A stretch of DNA of 64,000 nucleotides from an uncultured delta proteobacterium. GTDB lineage: Bacteria; Desulfobacterota; Syntrophobacteria; BM002. Under the pieces are notes generated by a model that ran no database searches, was not told where the DNA came from, and saw nothing but the letters and a program-made list of their open reading frames with translations. The stretch covers positions 294,438 to 358,437 of the forward strand of contig CAVQGX010000031.1 in the NCBI GenBank assembly GCA_963712115.1, written 5' to 3'. Below are positions 8,658 through 18,565 of this stretch, piece by piece (within the stretch, counting starts at the first letter, position 1; every line of letters begins with the position of its first letter). The position numbers and the translations under genes were made by a program.

Positions 8658-10895
8658 CTAGAAACCCTTATAAGGATTGGGACCAACTTCATCCAGCCTT
8701 TCTGAGAACTCATTTATAGCCCTGGGCAGGTCGGGATACTCGCTGATCTGCAGCTGAATCAGCTGCACCCGGTCGGACTCGAGGGCCAAGCGGTTCAGGG
8801 TTTCCGCCACCTTGGACAACCGAATCTCTGCCAGCTCGCTCCCCTTCATAAAGTGGCACTGGTAATTATCCCCATGACGGCATCCTAGGAGCAAAATACC
8901 ATCGATGCCCTTGGAGAGGGAGTCGGCGACCCAGATGAGGTTCAAACCTCCCAGGCAGCGCATGGGAATGACCCGGGCCCAGGGACTGATTTGCTGCCGG
9001 GTGATCCCCACCATATCCAGAGCCGGATAGGCGTCGTTTTCGCAGGCCAGGATGATAAATCTCGGCTTCTCGTCCCATTCGTCCGGCACGTTGATGCTCT
9101 TGATGATGCTACCGATCATCCTAACCGAATAATTCTTGAAGGAGATGATCCGTTCCGGGCAGGCACCCATGCAGACTCCACACCTGCGGCAGCGGGTAGG
9201 GTTCGGTAGAGGATTGGCCTTTTCGTCTTCATTGATGGCGCCGAATGGACATTCAACTGTGCAACGCTTGCACTGGGTGCACCGGTCCATGAAGAAATCA
9301 GGATAGCTCAGGTCTCCGGAACGTGGATGGACGGCCATACCCTGGGAGGTGAGCTCCACACACTGGATTGCCTTTAGGGCGGCTCCGGTAGCATCATCGA
9401 TGGTGCTGGGCCCGTCCAGGGGAGCCCGCACGCTGCCGGCATAGTAAATGCCGGTGCGCCGCGACTCGTAAGGGAAGCAGACGAAGTGTGAGTCCGGGAA
9501 CCCATTGTGCAAAGGTGGCGCCTCGGGACCCTGGCGGTATTCCAGGTTGAGCATGTTGGACTTGATAATAGTGTCGGCGGGAACCGCCACTTCTTCCGCA
9601 GCAGCACCTTCTTCTTCCAGGTCCAGACCCAGGTCGATCTCCTCACCGATGGCGGCTCTTGTCACCATACCGGTTGCCAGAACCAGCATGTCCACCTTCA
9701 GCTGAATTTTCTCACCAAGTAGGGTGTCATTTACCTCGAGAACCACATTCTTGTTCTCATCCTCGCTGATTGAGCCCACCTCGCCTTTGGTGAGAAATAA
9801 ACCTTCATCCTCTTGCATACTCTTGTAAAAAAACTCATAGTGCCCAGGAGTTCGCATATCCTTGTAGATGATGTAGGCCTTGGCGTCTTTATCCTGAAGC
9901 CGCAAATATTTGGCCTGCTTTAGAGACTCGATGCAGCAGGTCGAAGAGCAATACGGTAGATGGTTCTCATCCCTGGAGCCAGCGCAGAGGATAAAGGCGG
10001 CTGATTTCACCGGCCGGCCGTCAGAAGGTCGCACTATGGTACCTTTTAAGGCGAGCTCTTCTATTGTTTCATTGGTAACCACATTTTTGCAGGTCCCATA
10101 GCCAAGATGCCCAAGGTTCTTGGCCTCATATGGCTTGGCGCCGGTGGTCACCACAATGGCTCCGACTTTTTCGCTGACCACATTGCCGTTCTGCTTGATG
10201 TGTGCGGTATAGAGACAGGGTGCACCTTCTATCTTCTCCATGGTGGCCCCGGTATAGATCTTGATATTATCCTGCCCTTCTACCGCCTTGATCCGCTCGG
10301 CAATATCCACATCTTCCAAGTCAGTGTAAGGGTGCTTCAGGGGAGCCTGTTTAAACACTTTATTCATCCAGCCCCCCAGCTGGGCTGCCTTCTCCACCAG
10401 CACCACCTCGTAACCGGCCTTGGCCGCTTCAGCAGAGGCGGTGATCCCGGCCAGGCCGCCTCCCACCACCAGCAGCCTTTTAGACATTTCCTCTTCCGGC
10501 TTGAAAGGCTCGAGGGGCTCCATGTTTTGCGCCTTGGTTATTCCCATCCTCATGTAGTCTTCGGCCAACATCTGGGTGTCTTCTTCCCCCGCGGGCTGGC
10601 ACCAAACCACTTGCTCCCTGAGATTTACCCGGTCAAGCACCACACTCAGCCCGAAGTCAAAAACATCCTGCATGACCCGGGGGGAGCAGGCAGCAACCAC
10701 TACTGTGTTTACCCCATCATCACCAGCCAAATCTTCCTTGATGACCTGTACTCCCTCTTTGCTGCAAAGGAACTCGTGGTCCTTGCACACCGCCACACTG
10801 AATTCGTCGTTGGCAACCGTAGCCAGGGCTTCCACATCCAAGGAGTCCCCGATGCCACAGCCCTTGCATATATAAACTCCTATCTTCTTCTCCAT
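8658..10895 (-). CDS. qmoB: QmoB (HdrA-like flavoprotein with ferredoxin and MvhD domains)
   Basis: VVGGGLAG, CAGSRD..LPYCS, CTQCKRC..CP, ACENDAYPALD, ends GPNPYKGF. Confidence 0.96.
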   Translation of the reverse strand: MEKKIGVYICKGCGIGDSLDVEALATVANDEFSVAVCKDHEFLCSKEGVQVIKEDLAGDDGVNTVVVAACSPRVMQDVFDFGLSVVLDRVNLREQVVWCQPAGEEDTQMLAEDYMRMGITKAQNMEPLEPFKPEEEMSKRLLVVGGGLAGITASAEAAKAGYEVVLVEKAAQLGGWMNKVFKQAPLKHPYTDLEDVDIAERIKAVEGQDNIKIYTGATMEKIEGAPCLYTAHIKQNGNVVSEKVGAIVVTTGAKPYEAKNLGHLGYGTCKNVVTNETIEELALKGTIVRPSDGRPVKSAAFILCAGSRDENHLPYCSSTCCIESLKQAKYLRLQDKDAKAYIIYKDMRTPGHYEFFYKSMQEDEGLFLTKGEVGSISEDENKNVVLEVNDTLLGEKIQLKVDMLVLATGMVTRAAIGEEIDLGLDLEEEGAAAEEVAVPADTIIKSNMLNLEYRQGPEAPPLHNGFPDSHFVCFPYESRRTGIYYAGSVRAPLDGPSTIDDATGAALKAIQCVELTSQGMAVHPRSGDLSYPDFFMDRCTQCKRCTVECPFGAINEDEKANPLPNPTRCRRCGVCMGACPERIISFKNYSVRMIGSIIKSINVPDEWDEKPRFIILACENDAYPALDMVGITRQQISPWARVIPMRCLGGLNLIWVADSLSKGIDGILLLGCRHGDNYQCHFMKGSELAEIRLSKVAETLNRLALESDRVQLIQLQISEYPDLPRAINEFSERLDEVGPNPYKGF

Positions 10896-10899
10896 CGGA

Positions 10900-12162
10900 T
10901 TACCTCCTCACCGTAGATTGAATGGCTTTGAGCGCTGCAGCAGTTGCATCCCGGTTGGCAGTTGCCACATCTAGCGGCTTTCTGGTGCATCCAGCAGCAT
11001 AGATCCCAGGTTTTTCACTGACAACAAAGCCGCTTTCGTCGTAGGCTACATCAGTTGGCACCTTAGCGGTGGCTGTACTGGGCTCCATGCCAGTGGCCAG
11101 CACCACCAGATCCACCTTTGCCTGGCTCTTGCTACCGCCGTAAATGTCTTCGGCCGTTACCACGATCTTGTCGCTGGCCGGATCTGCCTCAACCTTGGCA
11201 ACCTTTCCCTTGATGAGGGTGACATTATCTTCAGCTGCAACTTTGGTGTAAAACTCCTCATATTTGCCCAAAGCTCGAATATCAATGTAGAAGATGGTAA
11301 CCTTGGCATCGGGGAGCTGCTCCCTGATGTAAGTGGTCTGCTTCAGCGATGCCAAGCAGCAAATGTGAGAGCAAAAGGCCATGTAGTTCTCGTCCCGCGA
11401 GCCGGCGCACTGCACAAAGGCAACGCTTTCCACCGGCTTGCCATCGGCGGGGCGGACGATCTTCCCTTTGGTGGGACCATCAAAGGCTGCCAGCCGCTCC
11501 ATCATCACGTTGGTGATCACATTGGGGACCTTGCCGAATCCCAGATTCTCTATCTTGCTGGCATCGTAAGGATTCCAACCAGTGGCCCAGACAATGGACG
11601 CCACTTTGAGGCTCACGCTCTCAGGCTGCATCTCCAAATCCACCGCGTCGTACTTACAGGCCTCTTTGGCCTTGGTTGCCTCGTCCGTACCGATTATCTC
11701 CGGGGCAATCACATAGCGCATGGGGTAAGCCATGTCGTGGGGGAGATAGGCGGCTTTGATCTTGTCCATGTTGTAATTGTAATCGTTTGGAATTTCCGTG
11801 GTGACCACCTCAGCGCAGGCTCCACATGCAGTACAGTTCTCATTCACGTACCGCGGCTTGAGTTTGATGGTCACATCTAAGTTTCCTTCCTCTCCGGATA
11901 TACTTTCCACCTCAGCCATGGTGAAAGTCTTTATCCGGGGATTCTGTCTTATGCGACGGAAGTTGATTTCCAAGCCGCAATTGGGCGGGCAGAGTTTGGG
12001 AAAGTATTGGTTCAACTGCGCCACCCGACCGCCAAGGTACGGCCGCTTTTCAACAATAAAAACATCGCGGCCCGTCTCGGCCGCCTCCACCGCTGTGGTC
12101 AGGCCGCTGATGCCGCCGCCGACCACCAGGATACTTTGGGTCAAACCTTTTTCCTCAGCCAT
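10900..12162 (-). CDS. qmoA: QmoA (HdrA-like flavoprotein)
   Basis: ILVVGGGISG, YFPKLCPPNCGLEIN, VQCAGSRD. Confidence 0.96.
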   Translation of the reverse strand: MAEEKGLTQSILVVGGGISGLTTAVEAAETGRDVFIVEKRPYLGGRVAQLNQYFPKLCPPNCGLEINFRRIRQNPRIKTFTMAEVESISGEEGNLDVTIKLKPRYVNENCTACGACAEVVTTEIPNDYNYNMDKIKAAYLPHDMAYPMRYVIAPEIIGTDEATKAKEACKYDAVDLEMQPESVSLKVASIVWATGWNPYDASKIENLGFGKVPNVITNVMMERLAAFDGPTKGKIVRPADGKPVESVAFVQCAGSRDENYMAFCSHICCLASLKQTTYIREQLPDAKVTIFYIDIRALGKYEEFYTKVAAEDNVTLIKGKVAKVEADPASDKIVVTAEDIYGGSKSQAKVDLVVLATGMEPSTATAKVPTDVAYDESGFVVSEKPGIYAAGCTRKPLDVATANRDATAAALKAIQSTVRR

Positions 12163-12522
12163 CGCATTCCTCCAAGGTATTTGGTTTTACTTTGGGGCAG
12201 GTTAGAGAAGATATACGACTAAACTCTTTGGAGGTTGCCCGGCGCATTTGAGCATTTCACCACCACAACAATCTGCACGAACATTTCACGCCACTAAGCC
12301 GGGCAATCACCATAGGGTTCAACTCTTGTCAAAGACAGGACTCTCCGTCCCTTAATATTCCCGGAAAGGATCTTGGACCAGCCTCAGCTGTTCCTCAATA
12401 TCGGCTTGGTTTTCTCTTCTTCCCATCTAGTGGGTTGGTATTCACCTTAATTTTATCTCAGTCCCACGGGGATAATAAGAAGTTATTTCAACGAGATGCA
12501 GCTGACAAACCACTGGAGACAG

Positions 12523-12559
12523 AAAATTGCTCCAGGCGCCCGCTCGGCGCCTGGAGCAG
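12523..12559 (-). terminator. Hairpin terminator or attenuator after aprA
   Basis: TGCTCCAGGCGCC-loop-GGCGCCTGGAGCA followed by ATTTT on the minus strand. Confidence 0.7.
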
Positions 12560-12577
12560 AATCACTCAAGTTTCACT

Positions 12578-14467
12578 TTAGGCCTGCAACCAATTCTGTA
12601 CGGGCTCCTTGCGAATAGACCACTTTCTGGTGGCGGGATCCCACTTGGAGATGGTGAAGACCTTCCAGTTGGCCTCGTCAAGGACCTCTTTGAAGTCAGC
12701 GCGGTAGTAGTAACCCGGGTAACGGGTCTCCTCGCGGAACATGAGGTGCCGCACGTGAATCTCGGAGGTCCACAACCGATGGTAGTTCTCCCAGGCCCGC
12801 AACAACTCGTGGAGACCATTGGCGCCCAGCAGCTTGGAGTCTTCATAGAGCATCCTGAGCTCCTCCAGGGCCCGCTGCAGCATGGCCTTGTTGGTGGTGT
12901 ACCACATGGAGGTACCACCGGCGTACTCGTCCATGATCTTGTTCAAGCGGAACAAGAACATCTTGGGCCGGATGTAGTTGGGAGTAATATCGTCTGTGAC
13001 CGTGTAACCCTTGCCCTCTTCATAGGTCTTCAGGGGCTTGAGGATCTCGGCCTTGATCTCCTCGAACTTTCCGCTATCGAGGTTCACATCCCCGGGGTTT
13101 TCCACCAGGAACTTGATGGCGGCCTTACCGGCGATGCGGCCTTCGGCGTGGGAGCCGGAGGAGAACTTGTGCGCGGAGCAGCCCACCCCGTCACCGGCGG
13201 TGAACAGACCCTTGATCGTGGTCATGCGGTTGTAGCCCCAGTTCCACTCGGGCGGTGCCAGGTCTGCCGGTCCGCTAACCCACATACCTGCGTGGGAGGC
13301 ATGAGAGCCGATAAAGTAGGGCTCAGCTGCCATGATCTCGGACTTCTTCTCTTCTGGGAAGATATTCTGGCCTGCCCAGAGGAGCGCCTGTGAGATGGTC
13401 ATGTCCAGGAAGTCTTCCCAGGCCTCGGACTCCAGCTCTTTCATCTTCTTCTTGTAGGCCTTGGGGTCATCCTTGTACTTTTCGGCCAGGGCGGCGATGG
13501 CCCGCTCAGTCCGCATGAACACTGGGCCCCTACCCTCCATGGACTCCAGCATCATCTGGTGGTTACGCAACGGCGTGGGCACTGGCTTGGCGGTGTTATA
13601 CGGTGCCCAGGGCTTGAGCACGTCCAAATTGTGGATGTACTCCTCATCGAAAGCGTTGGTGGCAGACGCCTTGAAGAACAGGAACCAGGCGCCCACCGGG
13701 CCGTAGCCGTCCTTGAACCGGGTGGGGATGAAGCGGCTTTCCATCTGGGCCAGCTCAGCCCCGACCTGAGCCATCATGGCGTAGTTGGAGCCGGCGTTCC
13801 AGGGTGGATACCAGGTGCGGCCCAGACCCTCGCCCACAGAGCGGGGACGGAAGATGTGCACCGCGCCACCGCAGACACAGACAATCGCCTTGGCCTTGAT
13901 GAAATAGACCTTGTTCTCGCGGACGCTAAAGCCCGCGGCGCCGGCAATCCGGCTGGGGTCATTGGCATCGGTCATCAGCTTGACGATAAACAGACGCTCG
14001 ATGATGTTGTCCACACCCAGGGCGTTTTTGGCGGCCTCAGCCACGATCACCTTGTAAGACTCGCCGTTGATCATGATCTGCCAGCGGCCGGCCCGCTGAT
14101 AGTTGCCCTCGGCATCCTTCCAAATGGGAAGTCCCCATTTCTCGAACAGGTGCACCGAGGAATCCACATGGCGGGCAATATCATAGACCAGGTCTTCACG
14201 GACGGTGCCCATCTGGTCCATTTGAACGTACTTGACGAAATCCTCGGGGGTGTTCTCGTTGCGGTCAATACCTATGTAAGTGTTGATGGCGGAAAGACCC
14301 ATGGCCACCGCACCACTGCGGTCCACGGCAGCCTTGTCTACCATGAGCACCTTGAGGTTGTTCTTCTTGGCCCAGTAAGACGCCTCGAAGGCCGCACCGC
14401 AGGCGGCCATGCCGCCGCCGATGATCAGAAGATCAGTACTCATTTCTACGGTTTCAAAAGCCTCCAT
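12578..14467 (-). CDS. aprA: Adenylylsulfate (APS) reductase alpha subunit
   Basis: RSGAVAMGLSAIN, WQIMINGESYK, RFKDGYGPVGAWF, HKFSSGSHAEGR, EETRYPGYYYR; ATG at 14467 behind GGAGGTG. Confidence 0.98.
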   Translation of the reverse strand: MEAFETVEMSTDLLIIGGGMAACGAAFEASYWAKKNNLKVLMVDKAAVDRSGAVAMGLSAINTYIGIDRNENTPEDFVKYVQMDQMGTVREDLVYDIARHVDSSVHLFEKWGLPIWKDAEGNYQRAGRWQIMINGESYKVIVAEAAKNALGVDNIIERLFIVKLMTDANDPSRIAGAAGFSVRENKVYFIKAKAIVCVCGGAVHIFRPRSVGEGLGRTWYPPWNAGSNYAMMAQVGAELAQMESRFIPTRFKDGYGPVGAWFLFFKASATNAFDEEYIHNLDVLKPWAPYNTAKPVPTPLRNHQMMLESMEGRGPVFMRTERAIAALAEKYKDDPKAYKKKMKELESEAWEDFLDMTISQALLWAGQNIFPEEKKSEIMAAEPYFIGSHASHAGMWVSGPADLAPPEWNWGYNRMTTIKGLFTAGDGVGCSAHKFSSGSHAEGRIAGKAAIKFLVENPGDVNLDSGKFEEIKAEILKPLKTYEEGKGYTVTDDITPNYIRPKMFLFRLNKIMDEYAGGTSMWYTTNKAMLQRALEELRMLYEDSKLLGANGLHELLRAWENYHRLWTSEIHVRHLMFREETRYPGYYYRADFKEVLDEANWKVFTISKWDPATRKWSIRKEPVQNWLQA

Positions 14468-14484
14468 AATTTTCACCTCCTCAA

Positions 14485-14925
14485 TTACTTCTTGGTTGGC
14501 AGCGCAGCAACTCCCAATGATGCCGGCTCAGTCCACAGGTTCTGGTCGTTGAGGTCACCAGGGCCGTCGGCAAAGCCGCCAGCGGGCACAGCACTGCCTT
14601 CCGCGGTGGTGCGGATGGGGAACTTGAAGCGCTTGATGGTGCCGTTTCTGAACTTGACCGTCCACATGATGTCCTCGGAACCACGCAGAGGCACAACGCT
14701 GGCGCCCATGGGCACGAAGTCGGCATAACCGCGAACGTCAACCGCCTGTTGGGGACAGATCTTTACGCAGTTGTAGCACTCCCAGCAGAACTCGGGCTCC
14801 TGGTTGTAACCTTTCATGGCCTCGGCGTCCAAGACCATCAGATCGTTGGGGCAGATGTACATGCAGGCTGTCCTGTCCTGCCCCTTGCATCCGTCACATT
14901 TTTCATCAATGACGTAACTTGGCAT
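14485..14925 (-). CDS. aprB: APS reductase beta subunit (2x4Fe-4S)
   Basis: MPSYV..KCDGCKG..TACMYICPNDLM, CWECYNCVKICP, RFKFPIRTT; ATG at 14925 behind GGAGG. Confidence 0.97.
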   Translation of the reverse strand: MPSYVIDEKCDGCKGQDRTACMYICPNDLMVLDAEAMKGYNQEPEFCWECYNCVKICPQQAVDVRGYADFVPMGASVVPLRGSEDIMWTVKFRNGTIKRFKFPIRTTAEGSAVPAGGFADGPGDLNDQNLWTEPASLGVAALPTKK

Positions 14926-15171
14926 TGATTTCCCTCCTAAAGTTTTTTGACCAAAAAATCGTAAGTAAACAATCAACACAGCCCCGGAGTTCCCTACTCC
15001 GGAACCTAGCTAGAAATAGCCTGCTAATCACCTCCCTTCCAGTGCGTGCTGTTTAGCTGTTAAATGGTCATAGAAAGCAGTAACTTCTATGCCGTTAGTA
15101 AAATCGGCGGGATATAACCTCCGCCCTAGCCAGTTGACTTTTGGTCGGCTTCGACCAATCTTATGAATTGA

Positions 15172-16413
15172 CTATCTCTTGATGTCCTTCTCGGCGTCTC
15201 CGGTGGCGTGGCCGTGGAGCTTGATTTCCACCTTCTCCTCGAGACCAGCGTAGTAGGCCTGGAGAATCTTTACCACTTCCGGCCTGGAGAATTCCTTGGG
15301 CAGCTCACCGCCCTCTGACAGGGTCTTGCGAACCAGGGTGCCGCTCAGAAGCAAACGGTCTTCCTTGCCGTGAGGGCAGGTCTTCATGGAACACATACCA
15401 CCGCACTTGAAACAGTGGAAGGTCCAGTCAATGGGAAGCGGCTTGAGTTCCAATGAGCCCTCAGGGATCTTAAAGAAAATCTTCTGGGCGTCAAAAGGAC
15501 CGTAGTAGTCGCCGACACCGGCATGATCGCGGCCGACGATCAGGTGACTACAGCCGTAGTTCTGACGGAAACATGCATGGAGCAATGCCTCCCGGGGACC
15601 GGCATACCTCATTTCCATGGGGTAGCCGCCCTGGATGACCGAATCCTTGACGAAATAGTAATCCACCAGAGCCTGGATCGCCTTTACCCGGACATCAGCG
15701 GGGATATCACCGGATTTCAGTTTGCCCAGCAGTTGATGGATGTAGAGGCCGTCGCTTACCTCCAGGGCGATCTTGGCCAGGTACTCGTGGGAGCGGTGCA
15801 TGGGGTTACGGAGCTGTAAGGCTGCCACCGTGCGCCAGCCCTTCTTCTCAAACATTGCTCGGGCCTGGGCCGGTGTTTGATAGAGGCCGGGAAATTCCTT
15901 GGGATAAAAACTCTCGCTCAGCACCTTGATGGGGCCGGCCAGGTTGATCTCTTCCTGGCCCATGACCTTTTGGACGCCGGGATGGCCTTCAGCATCATCG
16001 GTCCAGAAAACCGACTTGCACTCGTGGACCTTGTCGATGGCGTATTTCTCCGTTACCTTCATGGTGGCCAGGATCTCTTTAGTCTCGGCGTCAAGGAGTG
16101 CAACTTCCTCTTTGGCGCCGATGCTGCCGGCCACATCTTTGCTCGCTGACAGGGTGATGGGAATTGGCCAGAAGGTGCCATCGGTCATCAGATATTCATC
16201 GCAGACACCTTTCCAGTCCTCATAGCCCATGAACCCCTCCAGCGGGGTGAAGGCACCGATTCCCAGCATCAGAACGTCAGATGCCTCCCGGGAAGTCATG
16301 GGAACCTGCTTTAGCTTCTTGGCCTTTTCTTTTTCCGCCTTGAGTTCTTTACCTTCCAACAACAGCGGTTTCAGCTTTTTCTCTTTTCCATGTGGAGGTA
16401 CTAACTTCGACAT
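15172..16413 (-). CDS. sat: Sulfate adenylyltransferase (dissimilatory ATP sulfurylase)
   Basis: [37 protein letters not shown]. Confidence 0.98.
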   Translation of the reverse strand: MSKLVPPHGKEKKLKPLLLEGKELKAEKEKAKKLKQVPMTSREASDVLMLGIGAFTPLEGFMGYEDWKGVCDEYLMTDGTFWPIPITLSASKDVAGSIGAKEEVALLDAETKEILATMKVTEKYAIDKVHECKSVFWTDDAEGHPGVQKVMGQEEINLAGPIKVLSESFYPKEFPGLYQTPAQARAMFEKKGWRTVAALQLRNPMHRSHEYLAKIALEVSDGLYIHQLLGKLKSGDIPADVRVKAIQALVDYYFVKDSVIQGGYPMEMRYAGPREALLHACFRQNYGCSHLIVGRDHAGVGDYYGPFDAQKIFFKIPEGSLELKPLPIDWTFHCFKCGGMCSMKTCPHGKEDRLLLSGTLVRKTLSEGGELPKEFSRPEVVKILQAYYAGLEEKVEIKLHGHATGDAEKDIKR

Positions 16414-16862
16414 TTCCTGTTCTCCCTTCTTCAATGAATATCCATTTCACCAAAAACTGTAAGAACTCGGGCACTTTTCCTAAAGGTGGACTTTACTGGA
16501 TTCGACCTTCTTTAAACTCAGTACAAAAAGCACAAATTTATCCTGCCCCGCCCGATGTTTGTGAAAATTTGTTCTAATTTCAATGGATAAAATCTCTCTT
16601 GTCCCTGCAGTGGTATGGTTTGGAAGTCTTTTCCCTTTCAGGTGGCGGGGAAAATCCATTCACGCAACCGCAGGTCTGCTCGTCCTTCCACTATCCCGGT
16701 GCAAGAAACGGCTGGTTTTCGTTTCGCAAAACCGGAAAGTTTCATTAAAAACAGGCTCAAGGAGGAGACATCCTCTAACGCAACCCCCTCATGCAAGACT
16801 CAGCTTTAAGCTGAGCACTACCCCGGTGAGAGGGGGAGAGAAAAACGCTTGGCTGGGTGATT

Positions 16863-16919
16863 TTGTACTATCTTTAACAATGTTAGAGGCAATATACCCT
16901 GTAAAATAGAAATCTGCAA
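16863..16919 (-). promoter_or_regulatory. Candidate sigma70 promoter for sat with a downstream 18-bp TTGT-N10-ACAA operator (Rex-like)
   Basis: Minus strand TTGCAG-17bp-TATATT (16919-16891); TTGTACTATCTTTAACAA at 16863-16880; second box TTGTTGACTTTATAACAA at 16976-16993. Confidence 0.5.
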
Positions 16920-17013
16920 GCATTTTTTTTCACAAATTTGTCGCCTTGGGAACAGATCGTGCAGGAACCCGAAAGTTGTTGACTTTATAACAAAAAATCG
17001 ATAATTCAATACA

Positions 17014-17177
17014 AATTTCGGAATGCGGAATTCGGATTGCGGAACGGGGATTTCAGACTGAGATAAGCAGCAAGAAGTGACTTGGCATCTCCAGTCAGCT
17101 TTGTACCCTACTGGCGCATTACACCACTCCGAAGAAGCATTTCTTAAATCTACAATCCGAAATCCGAAACCCCCAAT
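17014..17177. repeat. Inverted heptamer arms (TGCGGAA/AATCCGA) around a ~100-bp core
   Basis: ttcggaatgcggaattcggattgcgga ... aaatctacaatccgaaatccgaaac. Confidence 0.75.
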
Positions 17178-17185
17178 GACGAGAG

Positions 17186-18151
17186 GTGAGAACCTTGTCG
17201 AGTAGTCGGCCCTTTCCTCTGTACGGTTGGGTAGCTCTTTGTGCGCTGGTCACTGCCCAAGTTCTCCTTTTTGCCGGCATAGAGGTAGTGCGGTATTGGT
17301 TTTTTCCCCTAGCCTGGTGGCCTTACATCCTGCTGACAGACGGGCTTGTTTATCGGCGCAAAGGATCGTCCCTCCTTACCCACCATCCCCGGGAGTTTCT
17401 CCTTCTTCTTCCCTGGTCGGTCTGTTTCTGGCTCATCTTTGAATTGTTCAACCTGGCTTTGAACAACTGGCACTATGTTTTGGTTCCCGAGAACATAGTG
17501 GAGCGGTGGGCTGGCTATGCAGTCTGCTATGCCACCGTGCTGCCCGGTCTTTTTGAGACTACGGAGCTCTTGGAAAGTTATGGTCTTTTCTCCAAAAGAC
17601 GAATTAAGCCTATCCCTGCCTCCAACCGATGGTATCTTCCCTTTGTAGCCACTGGTATCCTCTTTTTTATCCTGCCCCTAATCTGGCCTCATTCCTTTTT
17701 TCCCCTGGTCTGGGGAACTTTCGTTTTTCTGCTTGAGCCGCTTAATCACCGACTGGGTTTGCGGTCTCTAATGAGGGAGTGGCAGCAAGGATCTCTTCGC
17801 ACCTTTTGTCTGCTCCTTGTAGCAGGAGCAATTTGTGGTCTTCTGTGGGAATTCTGGAACTTCTGGGCTCTAACCAAGTGGGAATACACAGTGCCCTATG
17901 TCGGCTGGCTCAAGGTTTTTGAAATGCCTATCCTTGGTTTTTTCGGATTTCCCCCATTTGCAGTGGAATGTTATGTCATGATGAGTACTGTCACTATGCT
18001 TCGCCAGAAACGAGGATGGAAAGATCCGACCCTACCAATTAGCAAAGTCCGGGCACATATAATTTTAATGGTGTATGGGTTGCTCGTCATTTTCTGCCTT
18101 TTTGCCTTCCACCAGATCGACCTTCACACCGTCGCTTCTTATCGGCCGTAG
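17186..18151 (+). CDS. Multi-pass membrane protein of unknown function
   Basis: 321-aa ORF with ~8 hydrophobic segments and motifs WEFWNFWA..KW.Y and FEMPILGFFGFPPFA. Confidence 0.8.
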   Translation: MRTLSSSRPFPLYGWVALCALVTAQVLLFAGIEVVRYWFFPLAWWPYILLTDGLVYRRKGSSLLTHHPREFLLLLPWSVCFWLIFELFNLALNNWHYVLVPENIVERWAGYAVCYATVLPGLFETTELLESYGLFSKRRIKPIPASNRWYLPFVATGILFFILPLIWPHSFFPLVWGTFVFLLEPLNHRLGLRSLMREWQQGSLRTFCLLLVAGAICGLLWEFWNFWALTKWEYTVPYVGWLKVFEMPILGFFGFPPFAVECYVMMSTVTMLRQKRGWKDPTLPISKVRAHIILMVYGLLVIFCLFAFHQIDLHTVASYRP

Positions 18152-18196
18152 TTCAGCAATCAGCAGACAGCTGGCAGCGAATAGGAGATACCTCTG

Positions 18197-18293
18197 GTCA
18201 TTTGCTCCGCGTCATTTGGGCTGACGCCCGTCATTCGGCCTTACGGCCGTCATTATGTTGTTACAATGAATGACCATGAATGACAGCGGAGTG
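18197..18293. repeat. Modular GTCA/TGAC mini-hairpin array, copy 2 (short)
   Basis: gtcattt GCTCCGC gtcattt GGGCTGACGCCC gtcattc GGCCTTACGGCC gtcatt ... aatgac catg aatgac. Confidence 0.85.
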
Positions 18294-18367
18294 GAACTAG
18301 GGACCCGCTTGCGGGCCTGAGCGGAGGGAAGCGAGGGCAAAGAAATGAAAAATGGGAAATTAGAATT

Positions 18368-18486
18368 GTGCCTAGTGCTTAGTGCATAGTGCCTAGTGTA
18401 GTGCTGCCTGTTGCAATCTGCCTGCTGACCTCTGACCTCCGATCTCTGCCTTCTCACCCTATGCTCTATGCCCTATGCTCCATGCC
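18368..18486. repeat. Stacked heptamer tandems (TAGTGCC, TCTGACC, TATGCYC)
   Basis: gtgccta gtgctta gtgcata gtgccta; ctgacct ctgacct ccgatct; ctatgct ctatgcc ctatgct ccatgc. Confidence 0.8.
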
Positions 18487-18565
18487 TGCTTTTCAGTGCA
18501 CTCCTTGACGCTCCTCCTCCCACAGGTTAAAAGATAGGCTCCCACAAGCAGAAAGGAATATTTCA

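Noticed and set aside
12527-14728. Long + strand ORFs (288 aa, 389 aa) opposite aprA, and similar ones opposite qmoB and the sigma54 regulator
   Set aside because: Antisense shadows of strongly codon-biased genes, with no recognisable motifs.
18212-18457. Short ORFs over repeat tracts (also 19884, 26201, 28974, 45642, 52675, 55079, 57147, 59475)
   Set aside because: Translations of intergenic repeats or MITEs, not supported as genes.
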